NCBI GenBank assembly: GCA_023134715.1
Contig: JAGLUP010000003.1
Coordinates: 99,014-163,013, forward strand
Length of the DNA stretch: 64,000 nucleotides
Source of the DNA: Candidatus Parcubacteria bacterium
GTDB taxonomy: Bacteria; Patescibacteriota; Minisyncoccia; Minisyncoccales; JAGLUP01
Direction: 5' to 3'
A model generated the notes under the pieces. The model worked only from the letters and a program-made list of their open reading frames with translations, did not search any database and was not told where the DNA came from. A program made the position numbers and the translations under genes. Position 1 is the stretch's first letter. Each line of letters begins with the position of its first letter. Shown here in pieces: positions 9,746-19,632 of this stretch.

Positions 9746-10840
9746 ATGAAATTAGATTTATTATTATATAAATTTAAGCGCGTGTTATTTTTCTTAAGAG
9801 AAAAAGGGTTTAAATGGACTTGGAATTATATTCATTTATATACTTTTTACGGCACTAAAAACACTTTTATTATTAAATTAATACATTGGCTGCAGTTTTA
9901 TCCGCCTTATCTTGAAGTTGAGATTACTACTATGTGTAATTTAAAATGCATAATGTGCGAACATACTTACTGGAAGGAGCCAGATAGAGATATGAGTTTT
10001 GAACAATTTAAAAAGATTGTTGACCAGTTTCCTAAGTTAAAATGGATTGGGCTTACCGGTATAGGAGAAAGTTTTCTGAATAAAGATTTTATGAAAATGT
10101 TAAGGTATGTGAAATCAAAAAATATATTTGTTGAACTTTATGATAATTTTTATTTTTTAGACAGCAAGGCCGCTGAAGAGTTTATAGAAATGGGCGTAGA
10201 CCAGCTTTTTATTTCTTTGGACGCCGCTACCAAGGAGACCTATGAGAAAATAAGAGTTGGTTCTAATTTTGAGAGGGTCACTAACAATGTTAGAAATTTT
10301 ATTCAGCTTAAAAAAGAGAAGAAAAAATATTTCCCTGAGGTTGATTTTCACTACATAATCAATAGATTGAATATTAATGAAATACCTCAATATATTGAGT
10401 TGGTTCATTCTCTTGCTGGAGGAGAAAGAACAGTGGTTCGATTTACAAGAATGCTTCATAAATTTAAAGAGGTGTCTGATTTGTTTGTGGAAGTGCCTGA
10501 AGAAATGATTCAAGCCGCTGAAAAAAGGGCAAAGGAGCTGGGTGTTATATTAACATGGAATAGAGATGTGCCTCAAGCAAAACCGCCTATAAGTCATTGC
10601 ACTGTTTGGCTTATGCCTTTTATTTTTGTAACAGGGCATGTTATCCCATGCTGCAGCGGCAATGAAGCAGGCAACCGTGATTTTCAAAAAGCAACGGCCT
10701 TAGGCAATATCTATGAGCAGAGTTTTAAAGATATTTGGAACGGGGAAAAATATAAAACCCTTAGAAGGATGATACGCGAAAATAAAGTTCCGGCAGTATG
10801 CAGAGATTGCTGCGCCTTTGATGTTAAAAATAAGACATAA
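9746..10840 (+). CDS. Radical SAM enzyme with C-terminal SPASM/twitch-like Cys-rich domain
   Basis: TTMCNLKCIMCEH (CX3CX2C). C-terminal PCCSGNEAGNRDF ... VCRDCCAFD cysteine cluster typical of auxiliary Fe-S (SPASM) domains. Confidence 0.7.
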   Translation: MKLDLLLYKFKRVLFFLREKGFKWTWNYIHLYTFYGTKNTFIIKLIHWLQFYPPYLEVEITTMCNLKCIMCEHTYWKEPDRDMSFEQFKKIVDQFPKLKWIGLTGIGESFLNKDFMKMLRYVKSKNIFVELYDNFYFLDSKAAEEFIEMGVDQLFISLDAATKETYEKIRVGSNFERVTNNVRNFIQLKKEKKKYFPEVDFHYIINRLNINEIPQYIELVHSLAGGERTVVRFTRMLHKFKEVSDLFVEVPEEMIQAAEKRAKELGVILTWNRDVPQAKPPISHCTVWLMPFIFVTGHVIPCCSGNEAGNRDFQKATALGNIYEQSFKDIWNGEKYKTLRRMIRENKVPAVCRDCCAFDVKNKT

Positions 10841-10854
10841 GAAAATGTGATTAT

Positions 10855-12069
10855 ATGAAAGTTTGTTTAGTTTCAGATCAATTAGTTGGATGCCATGAAG
10901 CTTGGAGCGGAGCAGAAATTGTCTGTGAGCGTATGGTTGAATTTTTTAAAAAAGAAAATCAGGAAATAATTTTTATTACGACAAGATTCAAGAAAAAGAA
11001 TATTTCCCGGGGAATTTTTCAAGTTCCGACAGCCAACATTAGGCCCTTATTTTTAAAGAAAATAATAGCGCCTTTTTTTCGTATTTTGGGAATTATTTAT
11101 TCTTTTTATTATCTCAAGAAAGAAAAGCCAGACATTGTTCATTTGCTTCATTCAAATTATTTATTTATTCCTGTAATGGTCAGCGCTAAGATTTTAAGAA
11201 TTCCAACGGTTTTTACTGTTTTGGATTATTTTATAATTTGTTCCAGAAATAATCTTAGATTAGACAGCGGAGAAATATGCGATAAACCAGAGGGCAGACA
11301 ATGTCTTAGATGCATTTCTTTGCTTAAATTTTTTGAGAGATTTATAATAAGACTGCTTTTCAAAAATTTGAACGGTATAATTACTTTTACTGAAACTTCT
11401 AAATCCAGATTGGTTAAACACGGGATTCCAGCAGATAAAATTAAAGTTATTTATACTTATAACCTTTCTCCAGAATTTGCGGCCGGCAATAAGGGAAAAG
11501 AAAGCAAGATTACTCCAAACAGCATTTTGTTTATCGGCACTTTTTTTGAATATAAAGGACTGCATATTTTGATTCAAGCTATGTCTGAAATAGCATCTCA
11601 AGTTCCAAATTCAGCGCTGATGGTTGCGGGAGCTGGTTATGAGCGGGATAGGAAAAGAATTGAAAAAATGGCAAAAGATTTAGGATTAGAGAATAACATT
11701 AAATTTTTAGGCAGGAAAAAAAATCAAGAAGTTTCAGAATTAATTTCAAAAAGCGGAATAGTCGTTGTTCCGGAGCAATGGCCAAGCGATTTTGGACCCT
11801 TAATATTAGTAGAGGCAATGGCTTTAGGGAAGCCAGTGGTGGCGAGCAAGATAGGCGCTATCCACGAGTTTATAAAACATGAGAAAAATGGGTTTTTAGT
11901 TGGACATAATCAACCAAAACAATTTGCCGAGAAAATAGTATGGCTGCTTAAAAATAAATCAAGCGCGGAACAAATGGGCGAACAGGCAAAAAAAACTGTT
12001 CAATTTTTATTTAACGACAGCCAAAACAAAGAAATTCTTGAGTTGTATAAAAATATACTGCGCGCATAA
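10855..12069 (+). CDS. Glycosyltransferase family 4 (GT-B, retaining)
   Basis: C-terminal Glycos_transf_1 signature EQWPSDFGPLILVEAMALGKPVVASKIGAIHEFIKHEKNGFLV (E-x7-E-like motif). Confidence 0.75.
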   Translation: MKVCLVSDQLVGCHEAWSGAEIVCERMVEFFKKENQEIIFITTRFKKKNISRGIFQVPTANIRPLFLKKIIAPFFRILGIIYSFYYLKKEKPDIVHLLHSNYLFIPVMVSAKILRIPTVFTVLDYFIICSRNNLRLDSGEICDKPEGRQCLRCISLLKFFERFIIRLLFKNLNGIITFTETSKSRLVKHGIPADKIKVIYTYNLSPEFAAGNKGKESKITPNSILFIGTFFEYKGLHILIQAMSEIASQVPNSALMVAGAGYERDRKRIEKMAKDLGLENNIKFLGRKKNQEVSELISKSGIVVVPEQWPSDFGPLILVEAMALGKPVVASKIGAIHEFIKHEKNGFLVGHNQPKQFAEKIVWLLKNKSSAEQMGEQAKKTVQFLFNDSQNKEILELYKNILRA

Positions 12070-12071
12070 AT

Positions 12072-12983
12072 ATGCGAAAATACACAGAACAAGAAATCAA
12101 AAAATTTATTTCAGAGCCTTTATTTAATGAAAGAACGGTTTTGGAAAAGGATTTTTCTTTTCCAAAAATTTCTATTATCACGCCGTCTTATAACCAAAAA
12201 AGGTTTTTAGAAAAAACGATTTTAAGCGTTTTAAATCAAAATTATCCTAATTTAGAGTTGATAATAATTGACGGCGGCTCAACTGACGGAAGTGTAGACA
12301 TAATTAAAAAATATGAAAAATATCTTGCTTATTGGGTTAGCGAGAAAGATAGGGGACAGTCAGACGGTTTAAATAAAGGGTTTAAAATCACAGCAGGAGA
12401 AATTATTGGATGGCAAAATTCCGATGATATTTATTTGCCAGACGCTTTTTTAAAGATAGCTGATTTTTTTAAGCAGAATTCAAGAATTGATATTATTTGC
12501 GGGAATAGATTAGATATTGATGAAAATGATAATATAATCGGCGAGTCAAGATTTACAAGATTTTCACCAATTGTTTATCAATATGACGGAATTTCTTTAG
12601 GAACTCAAGTTGTTTTTTGGCGGAAGAGTTTATTTTCTAAAATAGGATATTTGGATATCAATCTTCAACTTGCTATGGACTACGATTTTTTTTTAAGAGC
12701 TGCAAAAAAAGAAGCAAAATTTAAATTTATTCCTTATTATTTAGGCGCTATGCGAAGACATAACTTGGCTAAAACAGAAATGTTTTTAGGAACGATTCCT
12801 CACCAAAAAGAGCTTGATAAAATAGACAAAAAATATGGACGAAAAAATTGGCTGAACTTTCCCTTGAAGATATATTCACTATTTTTTAGAACTGTCAACT
12901 ATTTTTTTCAAGGCGATATAGATTATATTTTAAAGGGTTTTAAACGTAGAATTAAACGGAGAACTCTTCTTAGAGGACGTTGA
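12072..12983 (+). CDS. Glycosyltransferase family 2
   Basis: ISIITPSYNQKRFLEKTILSVLNQNYPNLELIIIDGGSTDGS plus a DxD-like SDD; GT-A fold signature. Confidence 0.75.
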   Translation: MRKYTEQEIKKFISEPLFNERTVLEKDFSFPKISIITPSYNQKRFLEKTILSVLNQNYPNLELIIIDGGSTDGSVDIIKKYEKYLAYWVSEKDRGQSDGLNKGFKITAGEIIGWQNSDDIYLPDAFLKIADFFKQNSRIDIICGNRLDIDENDNIIGESRFTRFSPIVYQYDGISLGTQVVFWRKSLFSKIGYLDINLQLAMDYDFFLRAAKKEAKFKFIPYYLGAMRRHNLAKTEMFLGTIPHQKELDKIDKKYGRKNWLNFPLKIYSLFFRTVNYFFQGDIDYILKGFKRRIKRRTLLRGR

Positions 12984-13010
12984 CATTAGAATTAACCAAA
13001 TTATTAAAAA

Positions 13011-14495
13011 ATGAAATTACTACTAACAAATCCTAATTTCAAAGGAGTGGTCGAGGATCCTTCGCTAAGTTTTTGTTTTATTGGCACTTATGTTAAGGAA
13101 CACAGCAATTGCGAAGTTGAAATCATAGAACCAACTTTACAAGGGGTAACCGAAAAACAATTACTTGCTAAGATGAAAGAGTCTGACATTCTTGGTTTGA
13201 CATGCTACACCGAATCAAGGTTTCAAGTTTTTGATTTTGCCCGCAAAGCAAAAGAAGTCAATCCCAATTGTAAAATAGTAATAGGTGGTCCTCATGTTTA
13301 TACTTTAGACAAGGAAATATTAGAATACTATCCGTTTGTTGATTTTATCGTCAGAGGAGAAGGGGAGGAAACCATTCTGGAGATAATAGAAGGAAAACCA
13401 GCTGAGAAAATATTAGGCATTGCATGGAGGAAAAATAGCGGTGAAGTTGTTAGAAATCCTGACAGGCCACTAATAAGCAATATTGATAATCTCCATTGTG
13501 ATTACTCGTTAATTCTTCCCCAGGTAAAGGGATGGAAAGAGCTTGGGAGCCCATATGAACTACAGAAGCTAAATAATTTGCCAGTAATAGCCTCTAGGGG
13601 CTGTCCTTTCCACTGCACCTTTTGCGCCGCCCATGAACTATGGGGAAAAAGGTATAGAGGTTTTAGTCCAGAAGAATTAGTTAGAAGATTAAAAAAATTA
13701 TCGTCTGATTATAATATAGGATACTTCCGATTCTATGATGCTTTGTTTACGGCAAATGATGAAAGAATATTAAAATTCTGTGATTTGCTTAAAAAAAGTA
13801 ATTTGAAAATTAGATTCAGGATAGATATTAGAGCAGGAACAAGCAGAGAAGTTTTAAAAAAATTAAAAGAAGTTGGCTGTGATGTGGTCGGTTTTGGCGT
13901 GGAGAGCGGTTCTGATAAAATCCTTCAGAGAATTAACAAGATGACAACCAGAAAGCTGATAGAAGAAACAATCAAAACGTGTAAGGAATTAGGCTACTGG
14001 ATACACGGTTTTTTTATGGTTTCTCTGCCTGACGAGACTTTGGAAGATTTTGAAAAAACATTTGAATTGTTTAAATCCTTTGATGAAATGAATATTCAAT
14101 TCTTTAAAATCCATCCCAATACCATTTTTTATAATGAATTGAAGCAAAAGGGGGAAATAAATGACGAAGTCTGGTTTAATCCGGACTATGGCTTTAAGAC
14201 AAAATACGGAAGTGAAGTTTACTATTGTAAAGAAATGTTTCCTAGCGCCAATTTCTACCGAAAAGAAGTGGAAATCCTCCTCCATCGGGTGAATTATAAC
14301 TACATCATTTATAATCGCCAAAAGACAATCAGAAAGTACGGATTAACCAAAGGCATCTTTATTATTTCCCTGTCTATCGTGATGGATGGGCTGTTAAAGA
14401 ATGGAACAGGCAGGAAGCTCTATTTTAGATTAGAAAAGGCAAATATTCCAAAAAGGTTTTATAATTGGTTTACCAAGAGAAAAAAAGAAAATTAA
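13011..14495 (+). CDS. B12-binding-domain radical SAM enzyme (class B), paralog 2
   Basis: N-terminal B12-binding-like domain (LGLTCYT, IVIGGPHV, VRGEGEE) and RGCPFHCTFCAAH CX3CX2C motif. Clearly paralogous to 7350..8714. Confidence 0.75.
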   Translation: MKLLLTNPNFKGVVEDPSLSFCFIGTYVKEHSNCEVEIIEPTLQGVTEKQLLAKMKESDILGLTCYTESRFQVFDFARKAKEVNPNCKIVIGGPHVYTLDKEILEYYPFVDFIVRGEGEETILEIIEGKPAEKILGIAWRKNSGEVVRNPDRPLISNIDNLHCDYSLILPQVKGWKELGSPYELQKLNNLPVIASRGCPFHCTFCAAHELWGKRYRGFSPEELVRRLKKLSSDYNIGYFRFYDALFTANDERILKFCDLLKKSNLKIRFRIDIRAGTSREVLKKLKEVGCDVVGFGVESGSDKILQRINKMTTRKLIEETIKTCKELGYWIHGFFMVSLPDETLEDFEKTFELFKSFDEMNIQFFKIHPNTIFYNELKQKGEINDEVWFNPDYGFKTKYGSEVYYCKEMFPSANFYRKEVEILLHRVNYNYIIYNRQKTIRKYGLTKGIFIISLSIVMDGLLKNGTGRKLYFRLEKANIPKRFYNWFTKRKKEN

Positions 14496-14511
14496 AAGGC
14501 AGATAAAATTT

Positions 14512-15435
14512 ATGAATTTAAAAAACAAAAAAATTTTAGTCACCGGAGGAGCGGGCTTTATTGGTTCGCATACGGTTGACGCGCTGATTAGAAAAGGAGC
14601 TAATATAGTTATAGTTGATAATTTGCTTACCGGAAGAAAAGAAAATATTAATCCCAAGGCAAAGTTTTATGAGATGAATATCGCTAATCCAGATATAGAA
14701 GATATTTTCAAAAAAGAAAAACCAGAAATTATTTATCATTTTGCTTTTAATGTTCAAGTTCCAAAATCAGTTGAAAATCCGCTTGTAGATATGGACAGTA
14801 TAATCGGCTCTGTTAATCTTTTAAGAAACATTTGTAAATACGGGGCAGAAAAAATAATTTTTTCTTCTTCATGCTTTGTTTATGGCAATACTAAAAATTT
14901 ACCAACTAAAGAGACCGAACCAATAAATCCGATTTCTTCTTATATTATTGCCAAAAATACGGTTGAAAATTATTTAAGATTTTTCAATACGGCTTATGGT
15001 CTGCCTTATGTGATTTTTAGATATGGCACTGTTTACGGAGAAAGACAAGTGATGGGGGCAATGGCGGATTATATTCGTCAATTAGCCAAGGGAAATCAAG
15101 CAAAAATTTGGGGCAATGGCAGTAAAACAAGAGATTATGTTTATGTTAAGGATGTTGTTCAAGCGAATCTTTTAGTTCTTGAATTGCCTAATAATTACTC
15201 CAATCCAGTTTTTAATATCAGCAGTGGAGTTGAAACAACCCTTAATGATTTATATTGGAAAATTGCTAAGTTGTTGAAGAAAAAGCCGCAACCAGAGTAT
15301 TTGCCTGATCGTTCCGGCGAATTAAGGAGGTTTTGTTTGGATTCTTCAAAAATTAAGGAGGTTTTGGGCTGGCGGGCCGAATATAACCTGAATCAAGGTT
15401 TGAAATTAAAATTAAAAAGCGAGGGACTTATTTAA
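14512..15435 (+). CDS. NAD-dependent sugar-nucleotide epimerase/dehydratase (UDP-hexose 4-epimerase-like extended SDR)
   Basis: [13 protein letters not shown], YxxxK region (YIIAK); 307 aa. Confidence 0.65.
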   Translation: MNLKNKKILVTGGAGFIGSHTVDALIRKGANIVIVDNLLTGRKENINPKAKFYEMNIANPDIEDIFKKEKPEIIYHFAFNVQVPKSVENPLVDMDSIIGSVNLLRNICKYGAEKIIFSSSCFVYGNTKNLPTKETEPINPISSYIIAKNTVENYLRFFNTAYGLPYVIFRYGTVYGERQVMGAMADYIRQLAKGNQAKIWGNGSKTRDYVYVKDVVQANLLVLELPNNYSNPVFNISSGVETTLNDLYWKIAKLLKKKPQPEYLPDRSGELRRFCLDSSKIKEVLGWRAEYNLNQGLKLKLKSEGLI

Positions 15436-15438
15436 ATT

Positions 15439-16296
15439 ATGTTGACAATATTTTCTAATCCAAGGCCTTTTCAGGGTCCATTTGACACTATTCAACGAAA
15501 CGCAATTAAAAGTTGGACATTATTGCGTCCAAAATGCGAAATTATTTTATTTGAAGACGAAGAAGGAACGACTTCTCGGGTAGCTGAGGAGTTTGGAGTT
15601 CAATGTAGAACTGATGTTGCTTGTGATGAGTTTGGGACGCCTTTGCTTAGCGATGTGTTTGCTAAAATCCGAAGGACAGCCAGTAATGAGATTATAGCTC
15701 AGGTAAATGCTGATATTATTTTAATGAGTGATTTTATAAAAGCGATTAGAGATGTGAAGCGATTAAAAGCCAGTCAACCGTTTTTTTTGACCGGCCGACG
15801 TTGGGATTTGGATATAAAAGAAAAAATTAATTTTAATGAAATTGATTGGGAAAAAAAATTGCGTCAGAAAATTGTTAAACAAGGCGAATTACATGGTTTT
15901 TCCGGTATGGATTACTGGGTTTTTACCCGCAATCTTCCAATTAATCCTCCCGCGTTTGCGGTTGGCCGTCCGGGAATGGATAGTTGGCTAATCTATAAAG
16001 TTAGGGAGCTTAAGATGCCGGTAATAGACGCAACGCAAGTAGTTGATATAATCCATCAAAATCATAATTATCCCCAAAAAAAGAAACATTTTTTTGAAAT
16101 TGAAAGAAAGAGAAATCTTAAATTAGCCGGTGGTTTTTCCCGGCTTTGCACGCTTAGAGACGCGGATTGGATTCTTACACCAGAAGGTTTGAAAAAACCA
16201 AAATTCCTTAGACGAATTTTTTCTGAACTATCTTTGTTTTATCCTTGGCGTCTGTTTCTTTTAGTCAAACGAAAAATACAAGAGCTTTTAAAATGA
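15439..16296 (+). CDS. Hypothetical protein (possibly a nucleotide-diphospho-sugar transferase-like fold); function unknown
   Basis: 285 aa, no recognisable signature motif. Embedded co-directionally in the glycan locus. Confidence 0.3.
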   Translation: MLTIFSNPRPFQGPFDTIQRNAIKSWTLLRPKCEIILFEDEEGTTSRVAEEFGVQCRTDVACDEFGTPLLSDVFAKIRRTASNEIIAQVNADIILMSDFIKAIRDVKRLKASQPFFLTGRRWDLDIKEKINFNEIDWEKKLRQKIVKQGELHGFSGMDYWVFTRNLPINPPAFAVGRPGMDSWLIYKVRELKMPVIDATQVVDIIHQNHNYPQKKKHFFEIERKRNLKLAGGFSRLCTLRDADWILTPEGLKKPKFLRRIFSELSLFYPWRLFLLVKRKIQELLK

Positions 16297-16318
16297 TAAA
16301 GAAATTTGATTCAAAATT

Positions 16319-17299
16319 TTGCCTATGAATAATACAATTTCTGTAATAATTCCTTGTCGGAATGAAGAGAAGTTTATAGGTCAGTGCCTGGATTCTATAA
16401 TTACGCAGGATTATCCAACCAAAAATTTGGAAATTTTAGTTATTGACGGTATGAGCCAGGATAGAACAAGAGAAATTATTGAAAAATTCAAAATCCAAAT
16501 AATAGATAATCCTAAAAAAATTATTCCTTGCGCTTTGAATATCGGCATTAAACAGGCGAGGGGAGAAATTATTATCAGAATGGACACTAACGCTATTTAC
16601 GCAAAAAATTACATATCAAAATGTGTGAGTTGTTTACAAAAATATAAAGCTGATAATGTTGGCGGAGTAATAAAAACCTTACCTAAAAAAAATACTATTT
16701 TTGCTAAAGCAATCACTCTTGCTCTTTCGCATCCGTTTGGAGTAGGCGGTTCTCACTTTAGAGCTGGTTCAAAAAAGCCGAGATGGGTTGATACGGTTTA
16801 TGGCGGATGTTTTAAAAAACAGATTTTTGAAAAAATAGGATTTTTTAATGAAAATTTAGCAAGGTCCCAAGATATGGAGTTTAATTTGCGATTAAAAAAA
16901 GCCGGAGGCAAAATTCTTTTAGTCCCTGATATTATAAGCTATTATTACCCGTCTTCTACATTAACCGATTTTTTCAAGCATAACATTAAAGATGGAATTT
17001 GGGCAATTTATCCTTTGAAATTTGTTAAGATGCCATTCCGACTAAGGCATTATATTCCTTTTATTTTTACATCAAGCTTATTAGGGGCAGGACTATTGGC
17101 TTTTTTCTTTCCAATTTTTTTATATTTGTTTTTACTTATATTCAGTTCATATTTTTTGACTAATATGTATTTTTCAGTTAAGATTGCCTTAAGGGAAAGA
17201 GATTTAAGATATTTACTTATTATGCCGATAACATTCGCTATCCGCCATATTGGGTATGGATTGGGTTCAATTTTAGGATTAATAAAGTTATTGAAATAA
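16319..17299 (+). CDS. GT2 polyprenol-phosphate glycosyltransferase, GtrB/CsbB/ArnC-like (GT-A domain plus two C-terminal TM helices)
   Basis: ISVIIPCRNEEKFIGQCLDSIITQDYP ... DGMSQD. C-terminal hydrophobic helices (FIFTSSLLGAGLLAFFFPIFLYLFLLIF) fit the Und-P-sugar synthase architecture. Confidence 0.65.
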   Translation: MPMNNTISVIIPCRNEEKFIGQCLDSIITQDYPTKNLEILVIDGMSQDRTREIIEKFKIQIIDNPKKIIPCALNIGIKQARGEIIIRMDTNAIYAKNYISKCVSCLQKYKADNVGGVIKTLPKKNTIFAKAITLALSHPFGVGGSHFRAGSKKPRWVDTVYGGCFKKQIFEKIGFFNENLARSQDMEFNLRLKKAGGKILLVPDIISYYYPSSTLTDFFKHNIKDGIWAIYPLKFVKMPFRLRHYIPFIFTSSLLGAGLLAFFFPIFLYLFLLIFSSYFLTNMYFSVKIALRERDLRYLLIMPITFAIRHIGYGLGSILGLIKLLK

Positions 17300-18079
17300 A
17301 TGGAATTAAGAAAGCAAAAAGAAATTGAATTTTATGATAAGCAAGCTCAAAAAAAGCAGGAAGCGGGAGATTTTGAGGGTTTTAATCCAAATTTATTAAA
17401 TAGTTATCAGTTTTGCTGTCAATGGTTAAAAAAGAATTGCCGAGGGAAAAAACTTCTTGATTATGGCTGCGGCAACGGAGTTCATTCTATATTTCCTGCT
17501 CAAAATGGAGCTCAAGTGAAAGGAATTGATTTATCAGAGCCGTCTCTGGAGATTGCTAAAAAAAGAGCCAAACAGGAACAAGTTGAGGATAAAATTGAAT
17601 TTTTGTTAATGGATTGCGAAAAATTAAATTTTCCTGATAATTTTTTTGATATAATTTTTGACGGAGGCGCTTTTTCTTCTCTTGATTTAAATAAAGCTTT
17701 TCCTGAATTGATTAGGGTTTTAAAGCCAAACGGATATTTAATAGGAATTGAAACTTTAGGCCACAATCCCATTGCTAATTTAAAAAGAAAATTTAACAAA
17801 TTGAGCGGTAAAAGAACAGGATGGGCTGAAAGCCATATTTTTAAAATAAAAGATTTAAAAACAGCAGAAAGACATTTTAACGGAATTGAAGTTTATTTTT
17901 TTCATATTATTTCTTTTTTAGCTTTTCCTTTTTTGAATTTACCCGGCGGTAAAATTTTATTAAGATTGTTAGAGAAAATTGATAAAATTTTATTTAAATT
18001 TTCATTTTTAAGGAAATACGCTTTTAAAATAGTTTTTATTTTCTCAAACCCTAAAAAATATGCTCAAAAGATTATTTGA
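17300..18079 (+). CDS. Class I SAM-dependent methyltransferase
   Basis: LLDYGCGNG motif I; acidic motif II LMDCE; ~260 aa. Confidence 0.65.
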   Translation: MELRKQKEIEFYDKQAQKKQEAGDFEGFNPNLLNSYQFCCQWLKKNCRGKKLLDYGCGNGVHSIFPAQNGAQVKGIDLSEPSLEIAKKRAKQEQVEDKIEFLLMDCEKLNFPDNFFDIIFDGGAFSSLDLNKAFPELIRVLKPNGYLIGIETLGHNPIANLKRKFNKLSGKRTGWAESHIFKIKDLKTAERHFNGIEVYFFHIISFLAFPFLNLPGGKILLRLLEKIDKILFKFSFLRKYAFKIVFIFSNPKKYAQKII

Positions 18080-18650
18080 TATTATTTTTTCTTTTTTTGG
18101 TTTGATAATTACTCTGCCTTTATTTTTGGTTATCGCTGTTTTGATAAAAAATGACTCAAAAGGTCCTGTTTTCTACAGAGGAGAAAGAGTTGGAAAGCGG
18201 GGCAAATTATTCAGGATTTATAAATTCAGGACAATGGTGACGGATGCTGAAAAATTAGGAGGTCCGTCTACAGCTGGCGACGACCCTCGTTTAATAAAAA
18301 TCGGGAAATTTTTAAAAAAATATCAGCTTGACGAACTGCCGCAATTAATAAATGTTTTAAAAGGAGAAATGAGTTTGGTGGGACCAAGGCCAGAAGTAAA
18401 AATGTATATTGCCCTGTTCACTGAACAAGAAAAAATTATTCTTTCTGTTTTACCCGGAATGACTGACTGGGCAAGCTTATGGAATTTTCACGAAAGCGAA
18501 ATTTTAAAAGGAAGTCCTGACCCGGAAAAGACCTATTTGAAAAAAATAAGGCCTAAAAAAATTCAGCTTCAATTAAAATATGTTAAAGAGCGCTCATTCT
18601 GGACTGATATTATAATTATTTTTAAAACAATAATTAAGATATTTCAGTAA
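18060..18650 (+). CDS. Polyprenyl-phosphate sugar phosphotransferase (small PglC/WbaP-C-terminal-type priming phosphoglycosyl transferase)
   Basis: Single N-terminal reentrant helix, then KGPVFYRGERVGKRGKLFRIYKFRTM and PGMTDWA motifs of the Bac_transf family; 196 aa. Confidence 0.8.
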   Translation: MLKRLFDIIFSFFGLIITLPLFLVIAVLIKNDSKGPVFYRGERVGKRGKLFRIYKFRTMVTDAEKLGGPSTAGDDPRLIKIGKFLKKYQLDELPQLINVLKGEMSLVGPRPEVKMYIALFTEQEKIILSVLPGMTDWASLWNFHESEILKGSPDPEKTYLKKIRPKKIQLQLKYVKERSFWTDIIIIFKTIIKIFQ

Positions 18651-18654
18651 TAAT

Positions 18655-19632
18655 ATGGATTATTCCAAAGAATTTTTAGAAAAGCTTTATAAAATGATGC
18701 TTAAAATTCGCTTTTGCGAGGAAAGTTTTGTTGACCCGATTTTAAAAAAAGAAATACAATGTCCTGTTCATCTTTATTCTGGCGAAGAAGCAATAGCCGC
18801 GGGAGTTTGCGCCGCTTTAACAGAAAAAGATTATGTTTTCGGCAATCATCGTTCTCACGGACATTATTTAGCCAAAGGAGGAGATATAAAAGAATTAATT
18901 GCTGAAATTTATTGCAAAGAAACAGGGTGTTCTAAAGGTAGGGGCGGCTCCATGCATATTATTGCTCCTGAAAAAGGATTTTTAGGAGCAGCTCCGATTG
19001 TTGCCGGCACTATTCCCTTGGCAGTTGGTTCAGCTCTTGCTTCAAAAATTAGAAAACAAGAAGCGGTCTCTGTTAGTTTTTTTGGGGATGGCGCCACTGG
19101 AGAGGGGGTTTTGTATGAATCTTTAAATTTCGCGGCGCTTAAAAAACTACCTGTTATATTTATTTGCGAAAATAATTTTTATTCAACGCATCTTCATATC
19201 CGGGAATGCAGGCCTCCTGCTCCTATTTATAAGATAGCGCAGCCATTTGGAATTTCTTCAATTCAGGTTGACGGAAATGATGTTTTAAAAATTTTTAAAA
19301 TTGCTGAAAAAGCTGTTCGATTATGCAGACAAGGAAAAGGGCCGTTTTTTATTGAATTTCTTACTTATCGGCTAAGAGGGCATGTTGGGCCTGATGATAA
19401 TATTCAAGGTTCTCGCGCTGATATTCGGCCTGCTAAAGAGGTAGAAGAATGGAAAAGAAAAGATCCTGTTAAAAGGTTTGAAAAATTTATTCTGGAGAAT
19501 AAAATTTTAGAAGAAACAAAAATACAAGAAATTAAAAAACAAATCCAAGACGAAGTAAAACAAGCTCATAATTTTGCGAAACAAAGCCCCAATCCATTAA
19601 AAGAACAAGTTAATAAATATGTCTTTAAGTAA
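18655..19632 (+). CDS. Thiamine-diphosphate-dependent 2-oxoacid dehydrogenase E1 component, alpha subunit (PdhA/AcoA-like)
   Basis: GDGATGEG TPP-binding motif, YRLRGH, and HSxxD-like E1-alpha signatures. Confidence 0.75.
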   Translation: MDYSKEFLEKLYKMMLKIRFCEESFVDPILKKEIQCPVHLYSGEEAIAAGVCAALTEKDYVFGNHRSHGHYLAKGGDIKELIAEIYCKETGCSKGRGGSMHIIAPEKGFLGAAPIVAGTIPLAVGSALASKIRKQEAVSVSFFGDGATGEGVLYESLNFAALKKLPVIFICENNFYSTHLHIRECRPPAPIYKIAQPFGISSIQVDGNDVLKIFKIAEKAVRLCRQGKGPFFIEFLTYRLRGHVGPDDNIQGSRADIRPAKEVEEWKRKDPVKRFEKFILENKILEETKIQEIKKQIQDEVKQAHNFAKQSPNPLKEQVNKYVFK

